A DNA stretch of 27,584 nucleotides from Candidatus Curtissbacteria bacterium (GCA_016195765.1 JACPYZ010000069.1:1-27584); one strand, 5' to 3'. Positions 1 to 8,153 are shown, numbered from the stretch's first letter. The notes: generated from the sequence alone by a model not told the origin. Translations and numbers: made by a program.

Positions 1-1197
1 TATGTCTTTGGTATTGGCAATCAACTTTAAATATGCCATTACATCTTTTACTTCTTTCCTGGCATAAAAGCTGACGCCTCCATAAAGACGGTAGGGAATA
101 TTAGCGTGCAAGAAAGCTTCTTCTATTGTTCTTGATTGCGCATTAGTTCTATATAAAATCGCAAAACAACTAAGCGACTTTTTGGAGCTCATTATTCGAT
201 CAGCCACAAAATTTGCCTCGTCTATCTCATTCATTGCGTTATAAATGCTTATTTTTTCTCCGGTGGGGTTCAGGGTCCAAAGTTTTAAAACAGGGTGTGA
301 ATTATTGTGTGAAATAATTTTATTAGCAGCTTCCAAAATATTTGCAGTTGATCTGTAATTTTGCTCTAAGTTAAAAACAGCAACATCCAAAAAATCGCTT
401 TTAAAATTCAAAATATTGCGAAAATCAGCTCCCCTAAAAGAATAAATCGCCTGACTGGCATCGCCAACAACCGTCAGATTTTTATGAAGGCTTGCTAGCA
501 TTTTGGTCAAAATATATTGCGATCTGTTCACATCTTGGTATTCATCTACCAAAACATATTCAAAACGGGTGGTCCATTTTTCTAAAGTTTTGGGGCTTAC
601 TTCAAACAACTTCACGGTTTGCATCAGCAAATCATCAAAATCACAAGCGTTTATTTCAAAAAGCATCTTTTGATATTCTCGGTAAACATCAGCAACAGTT
701 CTCGCAAAATATCCACGGGCAAACTGGTTGTATTCATCTGGTCCTATTAATTCTCCCTTGGCGCCAGAAATTGCTCCCAAAATTGAACTGGGTTTAAAGT
801 TTTTTACAGAAACATTAAGATCCGTCATTATTTTTTTAACGAGCGAAAGCGAATCGTCGCTGTCGTAGATTAAATATCCACTCGGAATCCCAATTTCCCG
901 GCCATCAACCCTTAGCAATTTCGCACAAAAAGAATGGAAAGTGCCAACATATGGAGGTGTCTGACCAACCAGTTTTAATATTCTTTCTTTCATCTCGTTT
1001 GCCGCTTTATTCGTAAAAGTAACTGCAAGAATATTGCCCGGGTTTGTGCCTTGTTCAATCAAATAAGCAATTTTGTAGGTCAAGACTCTAGTTTTTCCAC
1101 TTCCGGCACCCGCCAAAATTAAAACTGGTCCATCTTTTTGCAAAACAGCCTCTTTTTGCGCCTCGTCCAAATTATCTAGTAATTTAGATTTATTCAT
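1..1197 (-). CDS. pcrA: ATP-dependent DNA helicase PcrA/UvrD (N-terminal 399 codons; runs off the left edge, so absent from the ORF track)
   Basis: Manual translation from ATG at 1197: MNKSKLLDNLDEAQKEAVLQKDGPVLILAGAGSGKTRVLT (motif I), AVTFTNKAANEM (Ia), VDEYQDVN (II), VVGDASQAIYSFRGAD (III), LEQNYRS (IV), ILYRTNAQSR, GGVSFYARKEVKD. Confidence 0.95.
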   Translation of the reverse strand, partial: MNKSKLLDNLDEAQKEAVLQKDGPVLILAGAGSGKTRVLTYKIAYLIEQGTNPGNILAVTFTNKAANEMKERILKLVGQTPPYVGTFHSFCAKLLRVDGREIGIPSGYLIYDSDDSLSLVKKIMTDLNVSVKNFKPSSILGAISGAKGELIGPDEYNQFARGYFARTVADVYREYQKMLFEINACDFDDLLMQTVKLFEVSPKTLEKWTTRFEYVLVDEYQDVNRSQYILTKMLASLHKNLTVVGDASQAIYSFRGADFRNILNFKSDFLDVAVFNLEQNYRSTANILEAANKIISHNNSHPVLKLWTLNPTGEKISIYNAMNEIDEANFVADRIMSSKKSLSCFAILYRTNAQSRTIEEAFLHANIPYRLYGGVSFYARKEVKDVMAYLKLIANTKDI

Positions 1198-1208
1198 TTC
1201 AGTCTCTA

Positions 1209-1272
1209 AGTATAACAGCGATTTCTAGCCTTGACTCAACGATTTACGGGCCAACCTGGTCGCTGTTATAAT
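1209..1272. promoter_or_regulatory. Divergent extended -10 promoters for pcrA (-) and trxA (+)
   Basis: + strand TG-T-TATAAT (-10 at 1267-1272), 7 nt before the trxA ATG. - strand TG-T-TATACT (-10 at 1209-1214), 11 nt before the pcrA ATG. Confidence 0.75.
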
Positions 1273-1279
1273 AACCATT

Positions 1280-1543
1280 ATGATCAAACTCTTAGACTTC
1301 TGGGCAACATGGTGCGGCCCCTGTAAATTTATGGAACCCATAATAGAAGAATTAGAAAAAGAACTTTCCGGTAAAATTCAAATTCAAAAAATAGACGTTG
1401 ATCAGGAACAAGATTTGGCAGCCAAATACCAAGTTATGTCAATCCCAACTTATGTAGTCGAAAAAGACGGTAAAGAAGTCGACCGTATTATAGGTGCAAC
1501 CTCAAAAGACACTCTACTTGCAGCGCTCACCAAGAATGAGTGA
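1280..1543 (+). CDS. trxA: Thioredoxin
   Basis: 87 aa; DFWATWCGPCK active site; SIPT cis-Pro loop; IIG near the C-terminus. Confidence 0.95.
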   Translation: MIKLLDFWATWCGPCKFMEPIIEELEKELSGKIQIQKIDVDQEQDLAAKYQVMSIPTYVVEKDGKEVDRIIGATSKDTLLAALTKNE

Positions 1544-2198
1544 TCCGCTCCCGTTGGTAATTGCCAATCATAAAGCAAATCTTACGTATTCTGAATTTGA
1601 AATCTGGGTAAATAAAGTTGGTCCTGTCGCCAAAGATTTCGAAGGTACTGTTGTTGTTTGCCCTTCGTCCCCATTTTTAGCTCAAGCATTGATCTTAACC
1701 CAAGCACAGTCATGGAACCTAAAGATTGGTGCCCAAGATATTTCCCGTTTTGATATAGGTGCTTATACTGGTGAAGTTGCTGCGTCTCAACTTGCTGGAA
1801 TCTGCAAGTACGCCATTGTTGGCCATTCTGAAAGGCGTAAAAATTTCAATGAAACGGACGAAATATTGGATCAAAAAGTACAAATGGCAAAAAAAGTAAA
1901 TCTTACGCCAATATTTTGCGTTCAAGACGAAAATACTAAAATTCCAGAAGGTATAGAAGTTGTTGCATACGAACCAGTCTTCTCAATCGGCACAGGTAAC
2001 CCAGATACGCCTCAAAACGCAAGGGCGGTTTCAGCTAAAATTCAGGAAAAAGGTGATTATATTATCTTGTATGGTGGCTCCGTAAAAGGGGATAACGTTA
2101 AAAATTTCGTAGAAAAAAGTGTGATCGATGGAGTCTTAATCGGTTCAGCCTCACTGGACCCCCAGGATTTTATCGAAATCCTACAAAGCATATATTAA
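1536..2198 (+). CDS. tpiA: Triosephosphate isomerase (short form, 220 aa)
   Basis: IANHK (catalytic Lys), GAQD, GAYTGEV, IVGHSERR (catalytic His), AYEPVFSIGTG (catalytic Glu, loop 6), LYGGSV, LIGSASL. Start reassigned from 1494 to ATG 1536, which overlaps the trxA end by 8 nt. Confidence 0.93.
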   Translation: MSDPLPLVIANHKANLTYSEFEIWVNKVGPVAKDFEGTVVVCPSSPFLAQALILTQAQSWNLKIGAQDISRFDIGAYTGEVAASQLAGICKYAIVGHSERRKNFNETDEILDQKVQMAKKVNLTPIFCVQDENTKIPEGIEVVAYEPVFSIGTGNPDTPQNARAVSAKIQEKGDYIILYGGSVKGDNVKNFVEKSVIDGVLIGSASLDPQDFIEILQSIY

Positions 2199-2202
2199 CT
2201 AA

Positions 2203-3357
2203 ATGATTCGTCAATTAGGAGTAAGATCCAACCGTAAATATCCCATTGGCAAAATTCTTTTGATCGCTTTTGGAATCCTGATCCTCGTTGTATTTTTAAC
2301 GCGCGTCTTCAACCTTTCAGATCTTCTATTTAAAACACCTAAAACGGTCATGAACTTTCTGACAGACAGTGGTCTAAAAAGCGACAATAACAGGATTAAT
2401 ATTTTACTTTTGGGTGTCGGCGGCCAAGGCCATGACGGGCCATATCTTTCCGATTCTATGATTCTGGCTTCAATCGACAAAAATGGTAAAGATGTCGCAC
2501 TTATCAATATTCCTCGCGACATCTGGGTTGCAGATATCAATGCCAAAATCAATGCAGCCTATGCCATCGGCTTTGAAAAGCATCATGACGGAATAGGTTA
2601 TGCCAGAAACACAGTAAGTAAATTATTTGGCATTCCAGTTCATTATGTTTTCCGTATGGATTTCAGTAGCTTTGAGAAGGCGATTGATCAAATAGGGGGT
2701 TTGGATATTGATGTTGACAACGGTTTTACAGATAATTTCTACCCAATCGAAGGTAAAGAAAACGATACTTGCGGCATCGAAATTATCAACAAAAATGATG
2801 GTGTTTATTTCAAAGACGCAACTGGCTCCGCTGAATTAATAACGGAAGAAAACAACCCATTTACTTGTAGATACGAAACATTAAGGTTTAAAAAAGGTCT
2901 AGCTCACATGGATGGTAAAACCGCATTAAAATTTGTTAGATCGAGGCACGGTGATAACGGTGAAAATTCTGATTTTGCCCGAAGTGCCAGGCAAGAAAAA
3001 GTTATTAGCGCTTTTAAGCAAAAAATATTTTCAACAGAAACACTATTAAATCCTAAAAAAATCATCGATGTAGCCACAATATTCGGTCAATCTATAGATA
3101 CCGACATTAAAACGGAAAACACTCCACTTTTTCTAAAATTGGCTCAAAAAGCAAAAGGTGCCAACGTTCGTAGGATCGTTTTGGATGTCGGCAGACCAGA
3201 GTCTTTACTCGAAGAAGGCAAACCGGAAGACCATGATGGTCAGTTTGTACTTGTCCCTAAAAATAACGCCTGGCAGGACTTTGCTGAATACATTCAGGCC
3301 GAAATCTTTAAAAACACAGAAAATTTTCTGCCTTCATCATCACCTAAAAATAAATAG
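2203..3357 (+). CDS. LytR-CpsA-Psr (LCP) family glycopolymer transferase
   Basis: N-terminal TM helix; NILLLG, SDSMIL, IPRD, KINAAY, FVRSRHG, SDFARSARQ motifs of LCP proteins. Confidence 0.9.
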   Translation: MIRQLGVRSNRKYPIGKILLIAFGILILVVFLTRVFNLSDLLFKTPKTVMNFLTDSGLKSDNNRINILLLGVGGQGHDGPYLSDSMILASIDKNGKDVALINIPRDIWVADINAKINAAYAIGFEKHHDGIGYARNTVSKLFGIPVHYVFRMDFSSFEKAIDQIGGLDIDVDNGFTDNFYPIEGKENDTCGIEIINKNDGVYFKDATGSAELITEENNPFTCRYETLRFKKGLAHMDGKTALKFVRSRHGDNGENSDFARSARQEKVISAFKQKIFSTETLLNPKKIIDVATIFGQSIDTDIKTENTPLFLKLAQKAKGANVRRIVLDVGRPESLLEEGKPEDHDGQFVLVPKNNAWQDFAEYIQAEIFKNTENFLPSSSPKNK

Positions 3358-3362
3358 AAAAA

Positions 3363-3596
3363 TTATTCGCGGTAGCTTGAAACAAGCTTTAACATCCCAA
3401 AGATAAAAAGCATTGCGCCAACAATAAAAATAAAATATGTCAGGTCTGTTGAGCCTGCGTTGGGCAGGGACGAAGACGTCCCTTGGCCACCACCTATGCC
3501 GGCAGAACTAGAAGCGTCAGCAAAAACGTTAGATGCGACAGAAAGAGATCCTAGGAGGGAAGTGGTAAAAGTAGCAATACGGGCAAGCCTTAACAT
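3363..3596 (-). CDS. 77-aa secreted micro-protein: signal peptide, Ser/Gly-rich linker, LPNAG motif and C-terminal TM helix (putative sortase-type substrate)
   Basis: MLRLAR + hydrophobic core + VFA|D signal-peptidase-like site; DASSSAGIGGGQGTSSS; LPNAG; YFIFIVGAMLFIFGML; KLVSSYRE tail. It exactly fills the gap between LCP and rpsT. TTGACA and TG-G-TAATAT lie upstream on the - strand (about 3615-3640). Confidence 0.75.
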   Translation of the reverse strand: MLRLARIATFTTSLLGSLSVASNVFADASSSAGIGGGQGTSSSLPNAGSTDLTYFIFIVGAMLFIFGMLKLVSSYRE

Positions 3597-3654
3597 CTTA
3601 ACTATCTAAGTTAATATTACCACGAACTTTTGTCAATAACAGCAAATAAGAAAG

Positions 3655-3924
3655 TTAAGCTTTAGAAGCAGCAGGCTTAGAAATAACTTTTGAGGCCAAC
3701 ATCTTAGATAGTCTAGATTTTAGCCTTGAAGCTTTATTCTTGTGGATCACGTTTATTTTGGCAGCTCGATCTAAGGTCACAAACGCTTTACTCAACGCTT
3801 CTGCGCTAGGGCTTTTCCGATAAGCGGCAACAGCCTTTTTATACGCTGCCTTTTTAAGCGCGTTTATAGCTGTCTTTCGCTTGTCTTGTCTGACCTTTTT
3901 GATCGCTTGTTTTATAACTGGCAT
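3655..3924 (-). CDS. rpsT: 30S ribosomal protein S20
   Basis: MPVIKQAIKKVRQ... LDRAAKINVIHKNKASRLKSRL (bS20 signature). Start reassigned from 4002 to ATG 3924. Confidence 0.95.
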   Translation of the reverse strand: MPVIKQAIKKVRQDKRKTAINALKKAAYKKAVAAYRKSPSAEALSKAFVTLDRAAKINVIHKNKASRLKSRLSKMLASKVISKPAASKA

Positions 3925-3989
3925 ATCTATTAAGATTCGTCTATCGAGTTTCAGCAAGAAGCCTTCTTGAGTCAAAAATCTTAAAGGCA

Positions 3990-4018
3990 ATTCTATACTC
4001 AAAATACTTCATTTGCAA
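3990..4018 (-). promoter_or_regulatory. Sigma70-type promoter of rpsT
   Basis: TTGCAA-17 nt-TAGAAT on the - strand. Confidence 0.7.
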
Positions 4019-4093
4019 ATATAATAAAATATTTTGAGTACATAATTGTATTGTTTGGCAAAAATAATAACTTTTGTTAAACGAACATATCAC

Positions 4094-5761
4094 ATGCTAG
4101 AAATTTTTAAAAATGGCAGTAGTATTTTTAAAAAAAAGCAGGAAGATATCCTCTCTGCTGCTTTTATTATAGCTTTTTCTGTCGCGCTCTCACGTTTTTT
4201 GGGCCTTATCCGGTACAGACTTCTAGCGTCCCACTTTGGAAACGATATTAAACTCCTGGATAGCTTCATTGCAGCTTCAATCCTTCCAGATGCTATTTTC
4301 GAGGTTTTAATTTTTGGTGCCATTGCTCTGGCATTTATACCTGTCTTTTCACAATATTTAACCAAGGAAAAACTTCAAAAAGCCTGGGATCTTTCGTCAT
4401 CGATGATCACCCTAGCGCTCATCACCTTCACTCTTTTTACAGTTATTATTCTACTTTTAGCAGATTTTATCGCTCCACTTATTGCGCCTGGTTTGGTTGC
4501 CAAAGAACCTGCAACTAGGTTACTTATTGGCAGCCTTTTAAGAATTATGATTTTTGCCCAGTTATTTTTTGTGGTCTCAATCTTTTTAACTGGAATTCTT
4601 CAATCATTCCAAAGGTTTTTAGTTCCGGCAATAGCCTCGATTTGCTACAACCTTGGGATTATCTTGGCAATTATTTTCTTAACCCCGTATATCGGTATTT
4701 ACGCACCAGCTGTCGGAATGATCCTTGGAGCATTACTTCATCTGCTAATTCAATTGCCTCTCGCTTTTGCTCTCGGATTTCGTTACAGGCCTAAACTCGA
4801 TTTCAAAAATAAAGATGTGCGTACAACTTTCGCTTTAATGTGGCCCAGATCGTTTTCTCTTGGACTAATTCGTCTTGCCGATATTATTAACGTTGCCATT
4901 GCCTCGATTGCGGCAGTTGGGTCAATCGTTGCCTTTAATTTTGCCCAAGTTTTGCAACTAGTTCCAACATCGCTTTTTGCAGCTTCGCTTGCTCAAGCCG
5001 CCTTGCCTTCTCTGTCTATCCAATTTAATAGTAATAGGTCACAAACTTTCAAAAAATTGTTTGCAGAAAGTTTTCACCAAATAATATTTCTGGTTTTACC
5101 GACAGCCTCGATTCTTGCAATTTTGCGCATCCCAATTGTCAGACTTGTTTTTGGTGCCAAAGACTTCCCTTGGGATATTACGGTTCTCACAGGCAGGCTT
5201 CTAATTGCTTTTGCAATTGGCATCATTGGTCAGTCTCTAAGCTTGCTTTTAACCAGAAGTTTTTACGCAATCAAAGACAGTGCAACTCCGGTAAAGATAG
5301 AAATATTCACAATCTCCCTAAACATCATTGCCAGCTTTGTTCTAGTTTTATATCTAAAATTGCCGCTCGTATTTTTGGCAGTCAACTATTCGATTGCAAA
5401 TTTATTAAACGCAACCCTACTTTTCTATTTTCTTAATCGTAAGGTTAAATTCGAGTTAAAGCCGTTACTTGTACCAGCTTTAAAAATGCTTTTAATAACG
5501 GCAATTACAGCAATTTCTCTTTATATCCCCATGAAGTTTTTGGATCAATTGGTTTTTGATACCACCCATGTTGTCGGTTTAATCCTTTTAACCGGAACGG
5601 CAGTAATAGCAGGACTCCTGGTTTACATTGCACTATCTTGGCTGTTTAGAATTCAAGAAGTTTCCATTTTCTACAACCTTGGCAAAAGAGTTATTTCTTT
5701 TCCGTCAAGACTCGCAAAACCTGCACCAACCGTCATGGACGCACAACAACCAAACCCCTAA
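4094..5761 (+). CDS. murJ: Lipid II flippase MurJ (MviN)
   Basis: SRFLGLIRYRLLASHFG, DSFIAASILPDAIF, AFIPVFS, FRYRP, LVPTSLFAASLAQAALPSLS, RLVFG, RSFYAIKD motifs; multi-TM protein. Start set at ATG 4094 rather than TTG 4046. Confidence 0.92.
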   Translation: MLEIFKNGSSIFKKKQEDILSAAFIIAFSVALSRFLGLIRYRLLASHFGNDIKLLDSFIAASILPDAIFEVLIFGAIALAFIPVFSQYLTKEKLQKAWDLSSSMITLALITFTLFTVIILLLADFIAPLIAPGLVAKEPATRLLIGSLLRIMIFAQLFFVVSIFLTGILQSFQRFLVPAIASICYNLGIILAIIFLTPYIGIYAPAVGMILGALLHLLIQLPLAFALGFRYRPKLDFKNKDVRTTFALMWPRSFSLGLIRLADIINVAIASIAAVGSIVAFNFAQVLQLVPTSLFAASLAQAALPSLSIQFNSNRSQTFKKLFAESFHQIIFLVLPTASILAILRIPIVRLVFGAKDFPWDITVLTGRLLIAFAIGIIGQSLSLLLTRSFYAIKDSATPVKIEIFTISLNIIASFVLVLYLKLPLVFLAVNYSIANLLNATLLFYFLNRKVKFELKPLLVPALKMLLITAITAISLYIPMKFLDQLVFDTTHVVGLILLTGTAVIAGLLVYIALSWLFRIQEVSIFYNLGKRVISFPSRLAKPAPTVMDAQQPNP

Positions 5762-5859
5762 TTGACGCGCCTTTTAACTCAGCCGTAAACTGAAACTATA
5801 TATACCTTTGTAGATTCGATCTAACTTGCCTGGAGAATTTACATTTCTAAGGAGGTGAT
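5762..5859 (+). promoter_or_regulatory. Promoter and very strong Shine-Dalgarno of the DUF378-like gene
   Basis: TTGACG (5762-5767)-18 nt-TAAACT (5786-5791); TAAGGAGGTGAT at 5848-5859 upstream of ATG 5868. Confidence 0.65.
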
Positions 5860-5867
5860 TTAAAAAT

Positions 5868-6062
5868 ATGAAAGCTTATCACAATTATCTTGTATGGCTA
5901 CTTGTTGTCGGCGGACTCCTTTTGGGTTACCAAGGTCTAACAAACAGCAATTTAGTAGAGAAATTATTAGGCGGCCAACTAGAAATGGTCGTTAACGTTA
6001 TTGTTGGTGCTGCAGCTGTACTTGTTGGTTACGGAATGCTCTCAGGAAAAAAGCGAAGGTAA
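5868..6062 (+). CDS. Small two-TM membrane protein, DUF378-like
   Basis: 64 aa; LVVGGLLLGYQGL-x-NLVEKLLG-x-IVGAAAV resembles the DUF378 pattern (IIGALNWGLIG..DLV...FG..ILVGLAAL); strong SD. Confidence 0.7.
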   Translation: MKAYHNYLVWLLVVGGLLLGYQGLTNSNLVEKLLGGQLEMVVNVIVGAAAVLVGYGMLSGKKRR

Positions 6063-6115
6063 TTTTAGTCCGGTATTGCCCTTTGGATTAAAAGTTTTAA
6101 CCTCTATTGTATTTG

Positions 6116-6139
6116 AGGCCCATATTGTGTGGCCTTTTT
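6116..6139 (+). terminator. Probable intrinsic terminator after the DUF378-like gene
   Basis: AGGCC...GGCCT stem (6116-6120 / 6131-6135) followed by a T5 run. Confidence 0.45.
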
Positions 6140-6155
6140 GATCAAGCCTGCTTTC

Positions 6156-6164
6156 TGCTAAACT
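6156..6164 (+). promoter_or_regulatory. Extended -10 promoter of lepA (probably a leaderless transcript)
   Basis: TG-C-TAAACT ending 7 nt before ATG 6172; no SD. Confidence 0.65.
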
Positions 6165-6171
6165 GAACCCC

Positions 6172-7917
6172 ATGAACATTCGCAATTTTGCAATAATTGC
6201 CCATATAGACCACGGTAAATCCACTCTGGCTGACCGTATTATGGAACTTTGTGATGCCGTCAAAGCCGGGCACCAAGCCCAGCTACTGGATAGTCTCGAA
6301 CTCGAACGGGAACACGGTATAACGATCAAGCTTAAAGCTATCCGCCTAAACTACAAACTACAAACTACAAACTACGTACTCAATTTGCTCGACACGCCAG
6401 GTCATGTAGATTTTGCTTACGAAGTTTCCCGTTCTCTCGCTTCTGTCGAAGGAGCGCTGCTCATTGTCGATGCCACTCAAGGTGTCCAAGCCCAAACTTT
6501 AGCAAACTTCAACTTGGCGCTTGATGCTAACCTTACTTTGATCCCTGTCATAAATAAAATAGATTCTCCCCAAGCGGAAGTAGAAAAGACGGAATCAGAA
6601 CTTATCGACCTTGGTTTTAGTGAAGCAGAAATTATTAAAGTTTCGGCTCGCACCGGTGAAAATGTAGATAAACTATTAGAAGCAATTATAGAAAAAATTC
6701 CACCTCCAACCGAATACGTCGATAAACTTTCAGCACTTATTTTCGATTCAGGACTCGATCCTTACAAAGGTGTTATCGCCACAATTAGAATCTTTGGCGG
6801 CAAGTTAAAAGTGGGCGATACAGTAAAATTTAAAGCAACAGGCGCATCAGCAGAAATTCTCCAGGTTGGTTACCTTGCACCAACACCTACTTATATAAAG
6901 GAAATTACAGCAGGCGAGGTTGGTTTCATTGTTACAAATGTTAAAGATCTTTCAAAAGTCATGGTTGGTGACACAATCACAGATGCCAAAGATCCCGCAG
7001 AGGCTCTTCCCGGCTACAAGGCAGCAAAACCAGTCGTCTTTCTTTCTTTTTACCCCACAGATATTGGTCAATTCGCAAAACTCAAAGAAGCGCTAGAAAA
7101 GTTAAAACTAAATGATGCTGCCCTTATCTTCTCACCAGAAACTTCAGCCTCTCTTGGTCAGGGTCTTCGAGTCGGTTTCCTTGGTTTGCTGCATGCTCAA
7201 ATTACCCAAGAACGACTAGAGCGTGAATATAACGTAGACATTATTGCAACATCACCTTCTGTTAACTTCGAACAAAATGGCAAATATATTAACAAACCTG
7301 CAGAATTCGACCCTATGGTTAAAGACACAAAAGAACCATATGCCGACGTCTCTATTTTTTCGCCTCAAAAATATTATGGCGCCATAAGCAACCTGGTTCA
7401 TGAAAAAAGGGGAGAGATAAAGGGTGTAGAAAATGTGGGGTCTTTGCAAAAAATCCAAGCCGAAATTCCACTTCTGGAACTTTTGATCGGTTTTTATGAT
7501 CAATTAAAAACAACTTCTTCAGGCTATGCTTCGCTCGATTTTGAAATTACAGATTATAGACCCGCAAAGTTAGTCAAACTAGATATTCTTGTAAATCACG
7601 AGCCAATAGAAGGTCTAACCCAAATTGTTCCAGAAGAAAAAGCCGAAGAAATCGGCAGAAAATTTACAGAAAAGCTTAAAGATGCGATTCCGCGTCAACA
7701 AATCGCAATCCCAATTCAAGCTGCAATCGGCGGCAAAATAGTAGCTCGAGAAACAATTGCCAGCTTTCGTAAAGACGTGACTGCCAAGCTTTATGGTGGC
7801 GATGTTACCCGCAAAAATAAACTTCTAGAAAAGCAAAAAAAAGGTAAAAAGCGTATGCGCCGTTTTGGTTCTGTCGATATTCCCCAAGAGGCTTTTCTCG
7901 CTGTGTTGAAAATATAA
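6172..7917 (+). CDS. lepA: Elongation factor 4 (LepA)
   Basis: IRNFAIIAHIDHGKSTLADR, GITIK, LLDTPGHVDF, NKID, GFLGLLH, GYASLD, FRKDVTAKLYGGDVTRKNKLLEKQKKGKKRM. Confidence 0.97.
   Translation: MNIRNFAIIAHIDHGKSTLADRIMELCDAVKAGHQAQLLDSLELEREHGITIKLKAIRLNYKLQTTNYVLNLLDTPGHVDFAYEVSRSLASVEGALLIVDATQGVQAQTLANFNLALDANLTLIPVINKIDSPQAEVEKTESELIDLGFSEAEIIKVSARTGENVDKLLEAIIEKIPPPTEYVDKLSALIFDSGLDPYKGVIATIRIFGGKLKVGDTVKFKATGASAEILQVGYLAPTPTYIKEITAGEVGFIVTNVKDLSKVMVGDTITDAKDPAEALPGYKAAKPVVFLSFYPTDIGQFAKLKEALEKLKLNDAALIFSPETSASLGQGLRVGFLGLLHAQITQERLEREYNVDIIATSPSVNFEQNGKYINKPAEFDPMVKDTKEPYADVSIFSPQKYYGAISNLVHEKRGEIKGVENVGSLQKIQAEIPLLELLIGFYDQLKTTSSGYASLDFEITDYRPAKLVKLDILVNHEPIEGLTQIVPEEKAEEIGRKFTEKLKDAIPRQQIAIPIQAAIGGKIVARETIASFRKDVTAKLYGGDVTRKNKLLEKQKKGKKRMRRFGSVDIPQEAFLAVLKI
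6351..6378 (+). repeat. Heptamer tandem repeat (CTACAAA)x3 + CTACGTA inside lepA
   Basis: Read directly: ctacaaa ctacaaa ctacaaa ctacgta; encodes YKLQTTNYV. Confidence 0.9.
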
Positions 7918-7919
7918 AT

Positions 7920-8153
7920 TTAAGCGGCTTCGCAGTAGCTTTTTAAATCCGCAGCAGTCTTCGTCAAATTATTTTTGGCCATCATACCCATCATTGGGGC
8001 AAAAATAACAAATAGTCCCTTTGGATCCATAACCAGCTCATGATCAATGTGCGTCTTTTTGCCAACAGCTTTAAAAATGAACACATTACAAACAATTTCA
8101 AAAACAGTGCTTATTGGGGTATCAATTACTTGGGATAACTTTGCAACTGCCAT
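7920..8153 (-). CDS. Half-length SRPBCC/START-like protein (77 aa), apparently internally deleted
   Basis: The SRPBCC-type N-terminus (SQVIDTPISTVFEIV) is joined directly to the SRPBCC-type C-terminus (THIDHELVMDPKG..FAPMM..K..L..ADLKSYCE). ATG 8153 is supported by a promoter 7 nt upstream. Confidence 0.6.
   Translation of the reverse strand: MAVAKLSQVIDTPISTVFEIVCNVFIFKAVGKKTHIDHELVMDPKGLFVIFAPMMGMMAKNNLTKTAADLKSYCEAA

Noticed and set aside
492-797. 101-aa + strand ORF
   Set aside because: Antisense shadow of pcrA, which has all helicase motifs on the - strand.
1494-4093. Upstream start extensions in the ORF track for tpiA (1494), rpsT (4002) and murJ (4046)
   Set aside because: The extensions are non-homologous and run through trxA or promoter DNA. 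Downstream ATGs match the family N-termini.
5797-5847. Riboswitch or ncRNA in the DUF378-like leader
   Set aside because: Only a 5-bp TAGAT-TCG-ATCTA hairpin is present. No known aptamer consensus recognised.
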